DNA of 64,000 nt, from NCBI GenBank assembly GCA_012295275.1, contig CM022665.1, positions 47,492,001-47,556,000 on the forward strand. Direction: 5' to 3'. This document shows, in pieces, positions 45,050 to 59,504 of the stretch (the first letter of the stretch is position 1; every line of letters starts with the position of its first letter). The translations under genes were made by a program, and so were the position numbers. Source of the stretch: Chrysomallon squamiferum (lineage: Eukaryota; Animalia; Mollusca). Below the pieces are notes generated by a model. That model was not told the origin of the DNA, did no database searches, and saw only the letters and a list, made by a program, of their open reading frames with translations.

Positions 45050-45188
45050 TTAACAGTGTCAGCTGTAAAATAACTAAAACATTCTAGCACATCTATAAAA
45101 CATTTAAAAGCAAATATATAATTCTTTCTCTGCTTAGAGATAAAAATTATTAAAAAACTAAGAATTTGTTTATAATTTGCAGATTTCA

Positions 45189-45228
<40 letters not shown>

Positions 45229-46107
45229 GAGTAAAATTAAGAATTTTCTTTTTATTTGCTTCATTTCAGATTTCATCGGCTAATTTATTTGGAATTCATC
45301 GGTCAAGATATTTTTGTGTAATCTCTCAGTTCGCACCCCTGTGTCAGCCCTGAACCAGTGAAGATACCCAAATACAAATAAAACATACACTAGTCTGTCT
45401 TCCTCAGTTGACTCTAACTGCTTATTAACATAATACAAATCTTTAATTTTGTTTTAAAAAAAAAACAATTACAAGCAATTATAGAAGTCTCTCTCTCTCT
45501 CGTTAGAAATATAAAAAAACTAAGATGCATAAGAATTTGTCGTTATTCGTCAAAAAAGAGTTATGTCCCTTAGACTGAACTCTGTATATAAAATGATGGG
45601 AGTAAGCGCTGTTGTTTGAACAGCTAATCTGAGGTATAACGGGTCTTTGGATCAAACTTTCTAGGCGGTCATATTGACTGTGAGTGGTTTTTAACTTCAC
45701 GTGACATTTAAGCGGAATGTTATTCACGACGACGTTCAGTGGACACACTCCAACAACAACGTTCAAACGTAGTAGTGGTTTATAATTTGCAGATTTTAAA
45801 TAATAATAATAATAATAACAACAACAAAATTATTATTATTATTATTATTATTGATGGTGGTGGTGATGGTGTTGTTGTTGTTAAAGGAAGGTACGTCTGA
45901 GCGTCCATGTGTATCCAACAATTAGTGTCTGTACTCAGGACTGAAAATTTCATGTCACAGACAAAATCTTTACCCACAGTGTAAACAAAAATCTGTGTGA
46001 AATCAGCGTTTGTTATTTTAAAATATATTTATTCATTTTCAAGTTAAAAATAAATATTTAAATGCACGTAATAGTCTTCTATTATAAACTGCATTAATAT
46101 ATATATG

Positions 46108-46155
<48 letters not shown>

Positions 46156-46817
46156 TACATACATACATATATATATTTAAAAAAAAATTAAAAAGAAAAG
46201 GAAAAAAAATTAAAAAGAAAGATAAAAAAGAAAAAAAAATCAGGTTTAACGTCTTTAAAAATACAAAATGGCAGAAGACCACGCATTGTTGTGCTATTCA
46301 CGTATGAAATTATGCCCTACACAAACACAGTCATTCTGGTCTATTCACAACCTCCGCTTACGGTGTTTGAGAAAGTACCATTAACTGCAGCGTGTAAGAT
46401 AAAATAGTTAAAAGACCGATAGTTAATTACGAATATTTGTTGACATCGATATATCGTGTTCTGTACACAGAACCGATCATGTCGGCGGCCAACGGTAAGA
46501 ATGAGATATGAAACGACCACAGAAATAAATACCTCAGAGTAAAAAACACTCGATAAGTTTCCATTGTCGTCATTTTTGTTACGCGCTGAAGGGGCAATAA
46601 CTCGATGCGAGAATAGCGGGCCCTGATACACAAAAGCCGCGGACCGATTTCGCCCGTTGAGAAAGGACAGTAATAAATGAGCCGTATTTTCACTTTGTAT
46701 TCACCCATACGCTTGTACACCCAAAAGCTCATAATGAACTGCCTCTTACAAACTTTGTTAGGATTTTTTTTTTTTTTTTTTTACACACGTCTTAGCCAAG
46801 CAATATTACTTACACAC

Positions 46818-46887
<70 letters not shown>

Positions 46888-48058
46888 GAACAGTAAATTA
46901 AGTGCAAATACGTTAGCAGGAGCGTACCAATTAAAAACACAGCGGAGTTAAGTTACAGCCGTTCGGGGACAATACTAAATCAACACGAAGTAGTAAAGTT
47001 CTGACGGTGACTCTGTGTGTGTGTGCTTTCGCGATTAACTCGAGGTTTGTTTAATGACGAGTTTTACTTGTTCGAGAGTTCACGGCTAACAGTCACTTTG
47101 TAGTGTGTCCTTGTGTGCTGGACGTTTTCGTAGGGTGGTGGGTTTTTTTTTTGTTCCGTTTGAGATAAGACGCAACGACGTCGTGCTTTTAAGAAGGTTT
47201 TGAACACAACGACGTCGTCATCAACAGCAGCGTTTTGAACGTTAAATTTAACGCTATGGCAGATACACAAAAAGTGGATAATTTTACTGAAGAGTGAATT
47301 TCACAGTCAGTGACTGAGATGAACAAGACCGGTTAAAAGGTACGTAACAGAGTAATTTGCACAAAGCAGCAGTAACAACAAAAACAACAACAACAGCAAC
47401 ATTAATGTGAATAGTAATAATGGTGAATGTATATGCTTTGATGATTGAGTCACCGGTGTTTAATCATAATAATGACAACAAGAACACCACCAACAACAAT
47501 AATAACAATATTAATAACATAATAATTATACACATAAATAAATCAATATATGAAAGCAAAATGATTTAACAGACGCGTATATGTGCAAAAGAAAATGTAT
47601 TGGAAACTATTGTTTTAAAAGCGTTTCAGTTTAAATAAAAGTAATAGCATGATCGTCAGTATTATAACAACAGCAACATCAACAAAAAGTATATAAAAAG
47701 ATAAATAAATAAATAAATAAATAACCAATATTTTCAGCAGGAATTTCTAAGTGTATACTTTCATTTTTATTTATATATTTTTTTTTTTAAATTTTTGGTT
47801 CTATTTTATTTTTACACTCTTTGTAGCTTAATTAAAAATGAAAAATAAATGAAAGAACAAAGTTATTAGTTATGTCGCGTAAGATTATTGATTTTTGTCT
47901 TGAATTTTATTAGCTAACCTTCCATCTAATATAATATCCTGTTTTCAATAGTCATAATTCGTAACAGACAAATATGTCATATATTAAAGGTTTTTGATAG
48001 ATCAAACACAGTTCACAGCTTAAAATTTAATTGTCAGATCCAGAATGCATCATGCAAA

Positions 48059-48557
48059 CATACAACTTAAATACAGCCTGTGTTTGATTCTAACATACAA
48101 CCTATATACAGCCTATGTTTGATTCTAACACACAACCTATATACAGCCTGTGTTTTATTCTAATATACAACCTATATACAGCCTGTGTTTTATTCTAATA
48201 TACAACCTATATATAGCCTGTGTTTGATTCTAATATACAACCTATATACAGCCTGTGTTTGATTCTAACATACAACCTATATACAGCCTGTGTTTGATTC
48301 TAACACACAACCTATATACAGCCTGTGTTTGATTCTAACATACAACCTATATACAGCCTGTGTTTGATTCTAACATACAACCTATATGCCTTTGTTTGAT
48401 TCTAACATACAACCTATACACAGCCTGTGTTTGATTCTAACATACAACCTATATACAGCCTTTGTTTGATTCTAATATACAGCCTATATACAGCCTGTTT
48501 CATTCTAACACACAACCTATTAACAGCCTGTGTTTCATTTTAACATGCAACCTATAT
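48059..48557 (+). repeat. 35-bp minisatellite, ~14 copies
   Basis: Unit TACAACCTATATACAGCCTGTGTTTGATTCTAACA. Confidence 0.92.
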
Positions 48558-48769
48558 GCAAGATGAGTTTTACATTTTATATTTGCTGTTGACAGACTTT
48601 GGCGTTAACATTAAACTTGAAGTGTAAACTGCAGACTTTAATACTTAACTTTTTTTTTTTTTTCTTTCTTCGTCGAACAAAAAGGTGTTCATATTTCTCT
48701 GCACACTGAATTTTTAATTTTTTTATTTATTTATTATTTTATTTTTTATTATTATTATTTTTTTTTTTT

Positions 48770-48829
<60 letters not shown>

Positions 48830-49360
48830 TTATTTTATTTATTTTTTTTTTTTTTTTTTTTTTGACTTTTGTGATTATTAAACACAGTTTGTGTTTGTAA
48901 CATTCAGCAGTTCAAGATTCTAAAATACTGAAATTTGTCACTGTTGTCGTTGTAGGTTTTTGTAAGGACGTACATTTTATCTTTCCTTTCATTTACAATA
49001 TTTTTCTTTTGGCACTTTTCTTTTATTTATTCATTCATTCATTCATTCATTCATTCATTCACTCATTTTATATTATTTTATTTTATTAATTTTAATTATT
49101 TTATTTTATTGATTTTATTGATTTTATTGATTTTATTAATTTTAATTTTCATTTTAATTTATTTATTTCATTATTACGGTTTTGTTGTTGTTGTTGGTTT
49201 CTCTCTCTTTTGTTCTAACACGTGGTGTTTTAGTAGTATAAACGACAAAAGAAAGTGTTAAAACAACAACACACTGAGAACAAAACTCATTTACTAATCC
49301 CTTCTGACATTTCTCTAACTCTAATGCTAACCTGTTTTACTGGAAATGCGGCTCAAACAG

Positions 49361-49451
49361 CTTGATACATCTAAACTTGATACATCTAAACTTGATACAT
49401 CTAAACTTGATACATCTAAACTTGATACATCTAAACTTGATACATCTAAAC
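49361..49451 (+). repeat. 15-bp perfect tandem repeat x6
   Basis: (CTTGATACATCTAAA)6. Confidence 0.95.
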
Positions 49452-50754
49452 CTGATCAGTTTTATCACTTCTAAATCATCGACAAAGGTGTTAAGTCATT
49501 CGCTGGACAATGTAATATGAACACATACAGAAAAACCTTTTTAGGCTTCTATTTTCGTTCGTAATCTTCCTGTTTTGGACAATAAACAACGTATGCAGAC
49601 CTGGCTTTATTTTCTGTAAAGCTCTGGACGCGATGTAGTGAAAGCACTGACAGGACAGTGGTCAAAGAATAATAATAGCGTTAAAGACGTCGGCCATTTT
49701 GGACTAATCGTTTCTGTACAGAATTGGCCAGGATAAGAAAAATCGACCGCTTGCCTCTGGGGTCGTGCTAGGTGTCAGTCCGGTGTTAGTACGTTGTAAG
49801 TGATTTCTTCACTTCGCCACGCAACTCACAGATCTGCTGTTGTAACGTGTGTGTGTGTGTGTGTGTGTGTGTGAGAAGAAGTCGGCTCGGGCTGGTTTAA
49901 AATGCGTCACGACTTGCACGGGCTGTTGTTGATTTGTCCGTGCACGACTTCGCTTTCTCTGGCTGTGACGTTATCGCCGTTTCCATTGTTCGCGGAAAAA
50001 TGAAAAAGTGAAATTTGAAACGAGCGACAAAATTTAAATGTCATTAAAAAAAAAAAAATGTGAATGATATATATTTTCTTTCTCTCGCTCTGTCGCTCTC
50101 TCTCTCTCACTGTGTGTTTGAACTTGAACTGGTGTTGCTAGACTAGGCTGGAATTTCGGGTTAACACGAAAAAGTCATTTACGGAATAAAATATTCAAAA
50201 AGAGAAAAGGAAAGAAAGGATAAGCAGGTTGAACTTTAAGGCAAATGAACAGATTTGAAATGTGAAAAAGGATTAGTTAAATTTTTAAATAGTTTTTAAA
50301 ATTGTATTCTGTGATTTATCTTTGGTTTTTCTTTGCTGCTCTTTCGTTGGTGTCAAATTTGTCCCGAAAATGTAAGTATTTAGATATTTAGATAGATAAA
50401 TAGACAGACATATATAGATATATAAATAGAGAGATATAGATAGGTAGAGAGATAGACAGACGGGCACTCAAACAGACAGACAGACAATCATAAACACAGA
50501 GATTCAGACAAATACAGAACATAATGATTAATGATCTATTATTGAGAATCATATTTATATTTTACTACAGAAGGATTTGAGATGAATTTAGATGTTGTAA
50601 AAATGTCGTGGATGAAAAGAGAAATTTACGATGCTGTTTTAAACGTCACTTAGTAGACGGTTATGAAATATCCAAGTTATGCAATGACGTAACAACCTTT
50701 AAAACCATATCCACCCATAGGTTTATTTTTGAGGACTTGAAAATTTATATTTGA

Positions 50755-50801
<47 letters not shown>

Positions 50802-51525
50802 AAATATATCACTTTCATTTTGTGATAAATCTGTAACAATGTCCAAGCTGCAAAAATATTAATTAATTAATTAATAACATGTTTAAAATTGCAGCTTTAA
50901 CAGAAGTCAAGTATCGTAAAAACACAAACATACTTACATATACATCTACTTTTATAGATACACACACAGTCATAAGCATTGTGCACACGCGTGTAATATA
51001 AATATACGCGCACACACACACACACACTAAGACACGTAAGCAAAAACATACACGAATACATTCATACACATATAAAACTTGTGTACGTTTAAACATACCC
51101 ATGTATGTGTGTATGCATGCATGCATAAATATGTACTTGTGTGTGTCTGTGTTATATTGCTTTAAAATTATTAATAATGAACATTATACATTTTAACTGC
51201 ATTATACATATTTACACACACACATTTATAAACACATAGATACACATCATTTAAAGATTTGAAAACAAAGTTGTTCTGTGTGATTTTCCTATGAAGCTTT
51301 AGATTGAATTTCTATTATTTGTTTTATTCTTTTTATTTTTTATTTTTTTTTTTTCAAGACTTGCGTGATAAATTGGTATGCTAGCTGACTAAAGTTAAAT
51401 TTATGTGAAAAGTTTTTGAAAGTCAGAAATCACTGGCAGACTGCCAAATGTCAACTGTCGAGTTTAAAATGATTTAATTTCGTAACTTGAGAATCAGTCG
51501 ATTTCTTCTTTTTTCTTTCTATTTC

Positions 51526-51564
<39 letters not shown>

Positions 51565-52163
51565 TTATTTGTTTATTTTTTCAATTTTTTTTTTGTTTAT
51601 TTTTCAATTTTTTTTTTTTTTTTTTATTATTATTTTTTTTTTTTTTTTTTGACAAAATTGGTATATACTATTTTACTAACAATTAAACATCTGAAAAATC
51701 TCAGAGAAAAATAACCTTCAAAACAATGCACATTAATAAGAGTCGTAAATAAAAAAAAAATAGCTAAGTCATGGAGTCTTTTAACACAGGACACTTTTTT
51801 TTTATCATATGCGTTCATAAATAACGCGCTGGTCTTTACATGAACAAGAGGAACGTGGAAAACGTCACTGAATATCACACGAACAAGCAAACAGGAATTT
51901 AATAATTTCAGAACTGGATCGCTGTAAATTACCAGATACTCGTTTTGTACTGAAATAACGAATAAAAACTTTTGTCGAATTTCAACACTGCCTGCTATAA
52001 TAAAACACGACAACCTTCAAATAACCAGATTCATAATTTGCAGCAGCAAAAAAAAAAAAAAAAAAAATAGAAAACAAAAAAAAAACAGAAAAAAAAAAAA
52101 AATGGTGGTTTAAACCTCGTGCACTCGATGAACTGTTTTCTTCTCTTTTGATTTTTTGTGATT

Positions 52164-52196
<33 letters not shown>

Positions 52197-52700
52197 ATTA
52201 CTATTATTACTGGTGCAAGCAATATCATTTACACTCTTCAAGTCGGCCTACACAAAACACATTCATTTCCAAGTTTATAAATATTCATGTCAGAGTTATC
52301 AATATTCATATCAATATTCGTAACAAACAAAACTGATTTATGCCGTATTGATCTGCGAAGGTCAAAGTGTTGACAATGGGGAAGTCGGACACTCCCTGAT
52401 AACAAAACAGGGCGGGTCCACACTGGAGTCCAGGGAGTTCTGAACACCCTCTTTCTTTATATCCAGCATTCTTCTTTCTTTCGTTTTTCTTTCTTTCTTT
52501 TTTCTTTCTTTCTTACATTCCAAACAGATTCGACTTATATTAGAAAAGACTGTCTCTCTCTTTCTCTCTCTTTCTCTGTATATACATATGTGTGTGTGTG
52601 TACATACATATATACAGATATACAGATATGATCAATAATTACATACGTACATATATATGCACATGTACACATATATATAATTATCTGTCTATCGCTTTAT

Positions 52701-52765
<65 letters not shown>

Positions 52766-52925
52766 AGTCTATCTATATATAGATATATATTTATATGCGT
52801 GTACCCAGTAACAGTAACCTTGGACACGCCCTGAATTTAACGATTAATCTAGTTCAACGTTATCAGTTTTAAAACGTTCTTTTCATAAAGAAATTATATT
52901 TATACATTTAAAAGATCAAAGAGTT

Positions 52926-52983
<58 letters not shown>

Positions 52984-54139
52984 ACGTTTGACAAGGACTT
53001 GAAAAATTGAAAGGAATAATTTGGTATTAAATAGTTTGATTGAGTAAGGATTTGATAAGTGTTAATACAGTGGAAGTCTGTCGTGTATTTGCAGCAAGAT
53101 TTTACCTTATGGCTTGTGTTGTGGTTTACAGTGGTATATGGTATGTTATTTTGTGTTGTGGTTTACAGTGGTATATGGTATGTTATTTTGTGTTGTGTCG
53201 TTCTTACGTTGGTAGAATGGTATTATGTCTAATATGACACAAGTTATCGTTGTGTGATGTGAAATTTTATCTAATATTGTGATATTTTGTCTAATGTGTT
53301 GTGTTGTATTTTGACTAAATTTGTGTTATGATATTTTGTCTAATGTTGTGGTGTGTTATGATATTTTGTCTAATGCTGTGTTATATTTTGTCTAATGTGT
53401 TTGATTATGGTATAATATTTTATCTAATGTATTATGGTATGTAATGTATTTTTGTCTGATGTGCTGTATTATGTTATGATATTTTGTCTAATGAAAATGT
53501 ATGGTATGTGTATCATGGTTTATACTGGTATTGTATGATATATTGTATTATCGTATGTTATAACGATATGTGGTAAGTGTATGGTATTGTATAATCGTGG
53601 TTTTTTTTTTCACATGCAGTATTGTGTGGTGTATTTTGTGGTATTTTGTAATACGTAATGAAACATTATGGTCTGGTTTTGAAATATGTTTTTAATTCGA
53701 ACTGTAGAATTTTCATATTTTTAACTGGTATATCTTTGCATAGATATATATTCTCGTTTCTATGGGTAGGTGCACATTAAAGATCTCTTACTGCTAGCAG
53801 TAGCCAAACAGTTGATAACCGTTTTTTATAGTCGCATGTTATCAAAGATTTTGTTATATTTTTGATACATGTGTAATATTAAAATATGTAGTGATTATAT
53901 ATACGTTTTTTTTTTTTACAACGACTGTGAATTTTCATTTTTATAATCATCCTTGACGTCATCGTCGATGTCATTATCATCATCAAATTATTATTATTTG
54001 AGTTAGTGGTTGGTGAGCGTGTCAGTGTTACTCTGTCATGTGACAGACAAACAGACGAACTGTTTTAATTAACTCTTGATTTTTTCTTTGTTTTATCGTT
54101 AAAAGATATTGCCTGAGAACTGCTTATTTATTTATCACA

Positions 54140-54172
<33 letters not shown>

Positions 54173-54192
54173 TTGTTGTTGTTCGTTTTCTT

Positions 54193-54223
<31 letters not shown>

Positions 54224-57200
54224 TTATTATTATTATTATTATCGTTATCATCATCATCATCATCATCATTGTTTTTAATAAGCACGTTTGTCATTGTAAT
54301 TTTTCTTATAAAATCACAAAAATAGTAAATGTATTTTTGTTTTTTTACTACAATCATAAATCTTTGCGTGGTTGTTTAATAAACACAGCATGGTTCTACA
54401 ATTAGACTGTTTTCGGTTTGTAGCGTAGCAATATTTAGAAAAATGACGCAGAAACCGTTTTGCGGTAATAAAACGCCAGTGACAGAAAATAAACGTTCTG
54501 ACATTAATAGCAGCGCTGTGGCCGAACCAGAGATTGTCGCCTTGGAAATGAACAACAGCGACTACAAGTGGCATTAACGGTATTAGGTCTGTGTTCCGTA
54601 TTCTTTCCTACGTCAGTCAGTCATTATCATAAATATCGACAACTGGTGTACCGGTGATTCGGCATTCGCCGTGGAATCACGTGCCACATAACTTCTTAAC
54701 AAACCGCAGCCCGCGCGCGCGCGCTTGGTAACCAAGGGTTACTTTGTACAGCAGACGAACAAAACAATTCGGCGTTGTTGTTTTTATGTTCTAGTGCAAA
54801 CTGAAGGCAGATCTAACAAAAGACTGGCTTTGCTATAGCGGAATGCTCCAGTGAGTGGAACATGTTACCAATATGCAGCTGAATACCGAATCAAACGTAT
54901 TTTAGTTACGATAATACAATGGGGCAAAATGAAAGCAGAAGAGAAATGAGAACAAGCGAATCAATAATAAATATGTTAATTAAACATATTTGTATTCATG
55001 CGCACGTACGCATACACAGGAGTTATTTTAAAATAAATAAAATTAAGCAGTGACAATGTCATTTCAGGTGCCCTGTACACTGGAGTCGTTGAAAGAAAAT
55101 GTGTGTATAATTTGGACATAAATTATTTTAATACTGCAGATACAAACATATGATTTTTTTATTTAATAAAATGAGACTAGCGATTTTGTGATCTCAGTGG
55201 CTATTCATATTCAAATACTCTAAGAAAGTCGATTACAGTCGCATCTCGTACACTGAACAGCCAGTTCGTCTGCACTGGTGACCCAGTTACCATTTTGATT
55301 TTATAGGTTTTATTTGTATTAAGAATAACAGTTTCTGATTTCAACGTGAAACTTTCATTCAGATGTATTTTGAAATCGTGTCATTTAAAAAACATCAACA
55401 ACTTCGTTATATACAATTACACATATAACTAAAGTTTTTTTTTTTTTTTTTTAAATATAATAAAAAAAAAAAAATTATTACGTCATATCGCATGTTATTT
55501 TAATATCGATGACGTCATATTCAATGCCGACATGATCACTTGATTTAACAAGCCAATGAAATTTTTGGTTTTATTGATTGAGTTAATTGTGAACGCTGTC
55601 CGAAGAGCTGACATAATTAAAAGTTTGGTTTAAGAAAATTCTGTTTAACAATCTAGTCCACCTGAACTGATGATGAAGACACACCTCAGACTGACGTCGA
55701 CTGTGTTTTCGCTGACAGTACACAGGTTCATAACACAGAGAACCACGTGACAGCAGAGACATTTTCAGTTATAGTGCTCGACAAAAAGAAATTAAATAAA
55801 AGTGTGTAGCTGTTTACTTTTGGGATAAAAAAATAAGGTAAAATTTTTGAAAATTAAATTATAATAGATAATGTAAACATTTTCATTCAATATGTACCAG
55901 TGCTAACGGTACCACTTCTTTTCAGAACAGGTGAATCACCAACCTAAAAATGTTACGCTAATTTACTCAATGTTTAAAACCAGAATGAGGTCAAATCTCA
56001 GTATATTTTGTTATGTGAAATCCGAAAATAAAGGAAACCACGGAAATAGGTAAAAATGACAACTGAATGTTAAACAAAAATATCGTACAAAATGGACAAC
56101 GGCTGATTAGCCTGAATAGACTACTTAAATAGAACATTTATACCTATCTTCTTTGTATTCTGCCTTGTATTTGACAAATAATTCCTGTATCCAGTGTTTA
56201 ATATCCATTTGAAGTGAAGCTGTAGTCCTCGACCCTTGAAAATAACTAAACAATAATAACACTCAGGAACGATAACTCTAAATGACTTTTTTTTTTTTTT
56301 TTTTTCATCAGACGTCAACATCAAAACAATAGAAAAAATACAAATAGACAAACGACAAGTCTTACTCAGGAATGATCTCACGTTCATCTATCAGCTGAAA
56401 CAGACCAAAAACATAATTTTTAATTCAGTTAAATCTGCCTCTCTTATGGTCATTGTAAAGTGGACACTTTGTTGAATACATGATGCAAATCTGATAAAGA
56501 TGTCTGTTGATATATATTGTTACCTAAAGCTGACTTTTTTTCAAAAGGTTTAAAATTCCTACAGTCGGAGTTTTGATTTTTGACAACTTTGAAATGCAAG
56601 ACATTTCTCGGTTCTTTTTTAGATCTCTAAAAAAAAAAACTTTTTTTTTTTTTTTAAATTAGTTTGTTTAAAATGTTATTATTGTTATCATCACTGTTAT
56701 TAACTTTGTGCATGTGAATGTGTATGCGTGTAGTATGCTTTGTTTCTCTGTGTTTGTGTGTATGTCGTGTGTACATGTGCCTACATGTATATATGTATAC
56801 CTCTGTCTATCTGTCTATCGATCTCTCTATTTCCTTATGTGTATTTTTTTTTTTTTTTTTAAATTAAAAATGATTTATTTATTTATTTATTTACTTACTT
56901 ACTTTTTTATTATTTTTTATACTATTATTATTAAAGTTTGATTTGAATTTTTTATTTTACTCCGCTCTTGACAGAAATTTTTAATTATTAGAAAGATTTT
57001 ATTTTTATCCACAGTCTTGGTTTCCTCTTTTAAAACTTGTTAACTTATTGACACTCGAAATCTCTGAGATCAGTAAAGATTTAAGAACGTGCTGGGGGGT
57101 ATTAAGTAGGTGTGGGGAGAACAATAGAGGCGGGATTAAGTAAGCGTGGTGGAGTGTTTTCCCACTCTGTTTGTTTACATGTTGTTGCGGAGTTCTGAAC

Positions 57201-57805
57201 ACACTTCACGGGTTTCTTTCATCGCTTATCTTCCCGTCAAACGCTCCTTTTATCTCGTTTAATCTCGGTTTATCTCGCTGTTGAAAAGCGTTATCTTCGC
57301 TTTTCAGTTTTGTGCGCGATTAATCACAGAAAATGTGAAATGACAAAAACCTGTTAATCAGTCTGAATTGTGTGGGTTAATAATGTTCCTAGTGAGTCTC
57401 GCCTTGTTAAAATAAAAGTCTTGATAAAAGTCAGAATACGAAATATGTGCGTTCTTGAAACATACAGACACGTGAAGTTCAGCTACGTTATCATCCTCTG
57501 TGAATTTCGTATGTAATTGACGGAATAACGAGAGTTGGATATCACGTGACTGACACGTCAGACGCAAGGGTACGTTCTACTTAACTCGAGGAACTTGCTT
57601 ACAAAAAAATTCTTAAATTGTACAGGGTTTGCAAAATGTTTTATCACTTAGTGGTCGAGGAGAGAATGTTAAGCAACGTATTTTAATAAAACGAACTTAT
57701 ATTTCACGTTTAATTTCTGTAATGTTTTTTTTATTTTTTTATTCTTCAGATGTCGTTTACAGCTCGCTAACGACTGACTGCACCTGCACACGCGAAGTCT
57801 TCGTT

Positions 57806-58441
57806 ATGGACCGACGTCATCGAGGGGGTCGAATCCGACCCAGCAGAACGTCGTCGCCCACGACGGCGACGGAGAGGCGAATGAGGCGGAAGCGGGACCC
57901 GGGAGCGGACGAGATGATCCGATTCGTCCGAGAGTTCCAGCTGCAGAAGCAGCCCACGCTGCTCCGCCTCCAGAAGAGGGCGCCACTTCCCAGCATCGGG
58001 CAGGCGGCAGCAGCGCCCTCTGTGCTCGACTCCGGGTTCGACGAGCGGCTCGGGGACGAGGCGGGAAACGAGAACGAGGCTCTGCTGGACGACGAGGTGG
58101 CCGCCATTGAGAACAGCGCCGCGTCGCTGCGGACGAACGGGTACAAACTGACGACGTGCGACGACGACGTCTTTCGGAAGAAGAAGCCGCCGTCATGCAG
58201 GACGTTTCAGAGTTATCCCGCGAAGGCCGCGCTCCCGTTCAACTACGACAACGTGCTGCACTCGTACGGCAGACTGAACATCGGGCGCAAGAGCGAGCAG
58301 CCCCTCGTCCAGCTCCCTCCCATACAAAGAGACGATTTACCGGAACGCCCGACCGCGCCCTCGCCCAGCGTTACGCCTCCGCTGTCTGGCGAGGACTTAG
58401 ACTCCACAGGGGAACCAGTCGATTTCATCGACCCCACTTAA
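57806..58441 (+). CDS. Uncharacterised ~211-aa, probably disordered protein (single or terminal coding exon)
   Basis: GC/CpG-rich island with GC-ending codons in AT-rich surroundings. A strong acceptor (poly-T..TTCTTCAG) ends at 57749, the first in-frame ATG is at 57806 and the stop ends at 58441. No family recognised. Confidence 0.7.
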   Translation: MDRRHRGGRIRPSRTSSPTTATERRMRRKRDPGADEMIRFVREFQLQKQPTLLRLQKRAPLPSIGQAAAAPSVLDSGFDERLGDEAGNENEALLDDEVAAIENSAASLRTNGYKLTTCDDDVFRKKKPPSCRTFQSYPAKAALPFNYDNVLHSYGRLNIGRKSEQPLVQLPPIQRDDLPERPTAPSPSVTPPLSGEDLDSTGEPVDFIDPT

Positions 58442-59204
58442 AAACAGAGAGTTACAGTCGAGCCGGATTTAGGAACCAGTTTTAATTTTTTTTTTTTTTT
58501 TTTTTTTTAAATGTACGACCCCGCAATTCTAAGAGGCGAAGTTTAGTTGTTACCCATGTAGTTCTGTGTCAAAAACTCGTCAGACAGGATGACGTTCATC
58601 TTCTAATAGCCAATGACGTCCGCCTGTCTAAATCCGGCTCTGAATCAGTGACGTAAATCAAAATAACGTGACGTGTTTCGTTTGTGATGGACAGACTGTA
58701 TGTTTGGTTATTTATAATTATTTCTCGATGTCGTTTTGTAAAAACATTACGTAACCGTTCTGTGCGTAATAATCACAGTTGATATCCGGTTAAAAAATTT
58801 ATTTTATTTTATTTTATTTTATTTTATTTTATTGATTTATTTATTTATTTATTTAATATTTATTTATTTATTTATTTATTTTATTTTATTTTGTTTGTTT
58901 TGTTTTTTATTTTGTTTTACATTTATTCATTTTTATTTGTTTGTTTTGTTTGTTATTGTTTTACATTTATCTCATTTTTATTTATTTTTTATTTATTTTT
59001 TATTTATTTATTTAAAATACAACAATGTGCTGTATAGACATCTTAATCCAACGACGCATTTAAAAATATATATATATATATTTTTGATGTTCATTGACTT
59101 TTTTTAGTGAACTAAAAAATATACGTGATTGAGAATTAGCGACACAAAACACACACAGGACGTGCGGACGTTCAGACGTTTCAAGCTTTATTTTACATAA
59201 CAGT

Positions 59205-59302
59205 GGCAGCCATTTTAGTGCTTCCCTTGTACACCAAGGTCAAAGGTCACAGCTCCCCCTGGTGGACTCTACTACCTCAGACACGTGTTCAGCGCCATTT
59301 TG
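59205..59302. promoter_or_regulatory. Motif cluster: perfect DR1, CTCF-like site and two YY1-like sites
   Basis: AGGTCA-A-AGGTCA at 59237-59249; minus-strand CCACCAGGGGGAGC at 59265-59252; GCCATTTT at ~59209 and ~59294. Confidence 0.45.
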
Positions 59303-59434
59303 AAATTCCACGGCAGCTCCTTGATGGAATGAGACAGAAATTTGTAAAAATTACAACAAAAAAAAAAAACAATAATAATAAAAAAAAGGTTGCTGAAATA
59401 AAATTTTCAATTTGTGTGTAAATGAGTTGATGGG

Positions 59435-59504
<70 letters not shown>

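Noticed and set aside
46341-46732. Two ~100-aa minus-strand ORFs in moderately complex sequence
   Set aside because: No recognisable motif, codon bias or splice context. Possibly old repeat sequence.
57804-58485. Overlapping antisense and alternate-frame ORFs over the orphan gene
   Set aside because: Expected by-product of high GC content and few stop codons. The + frame ending at 58441 has the acceptor and codon bias.
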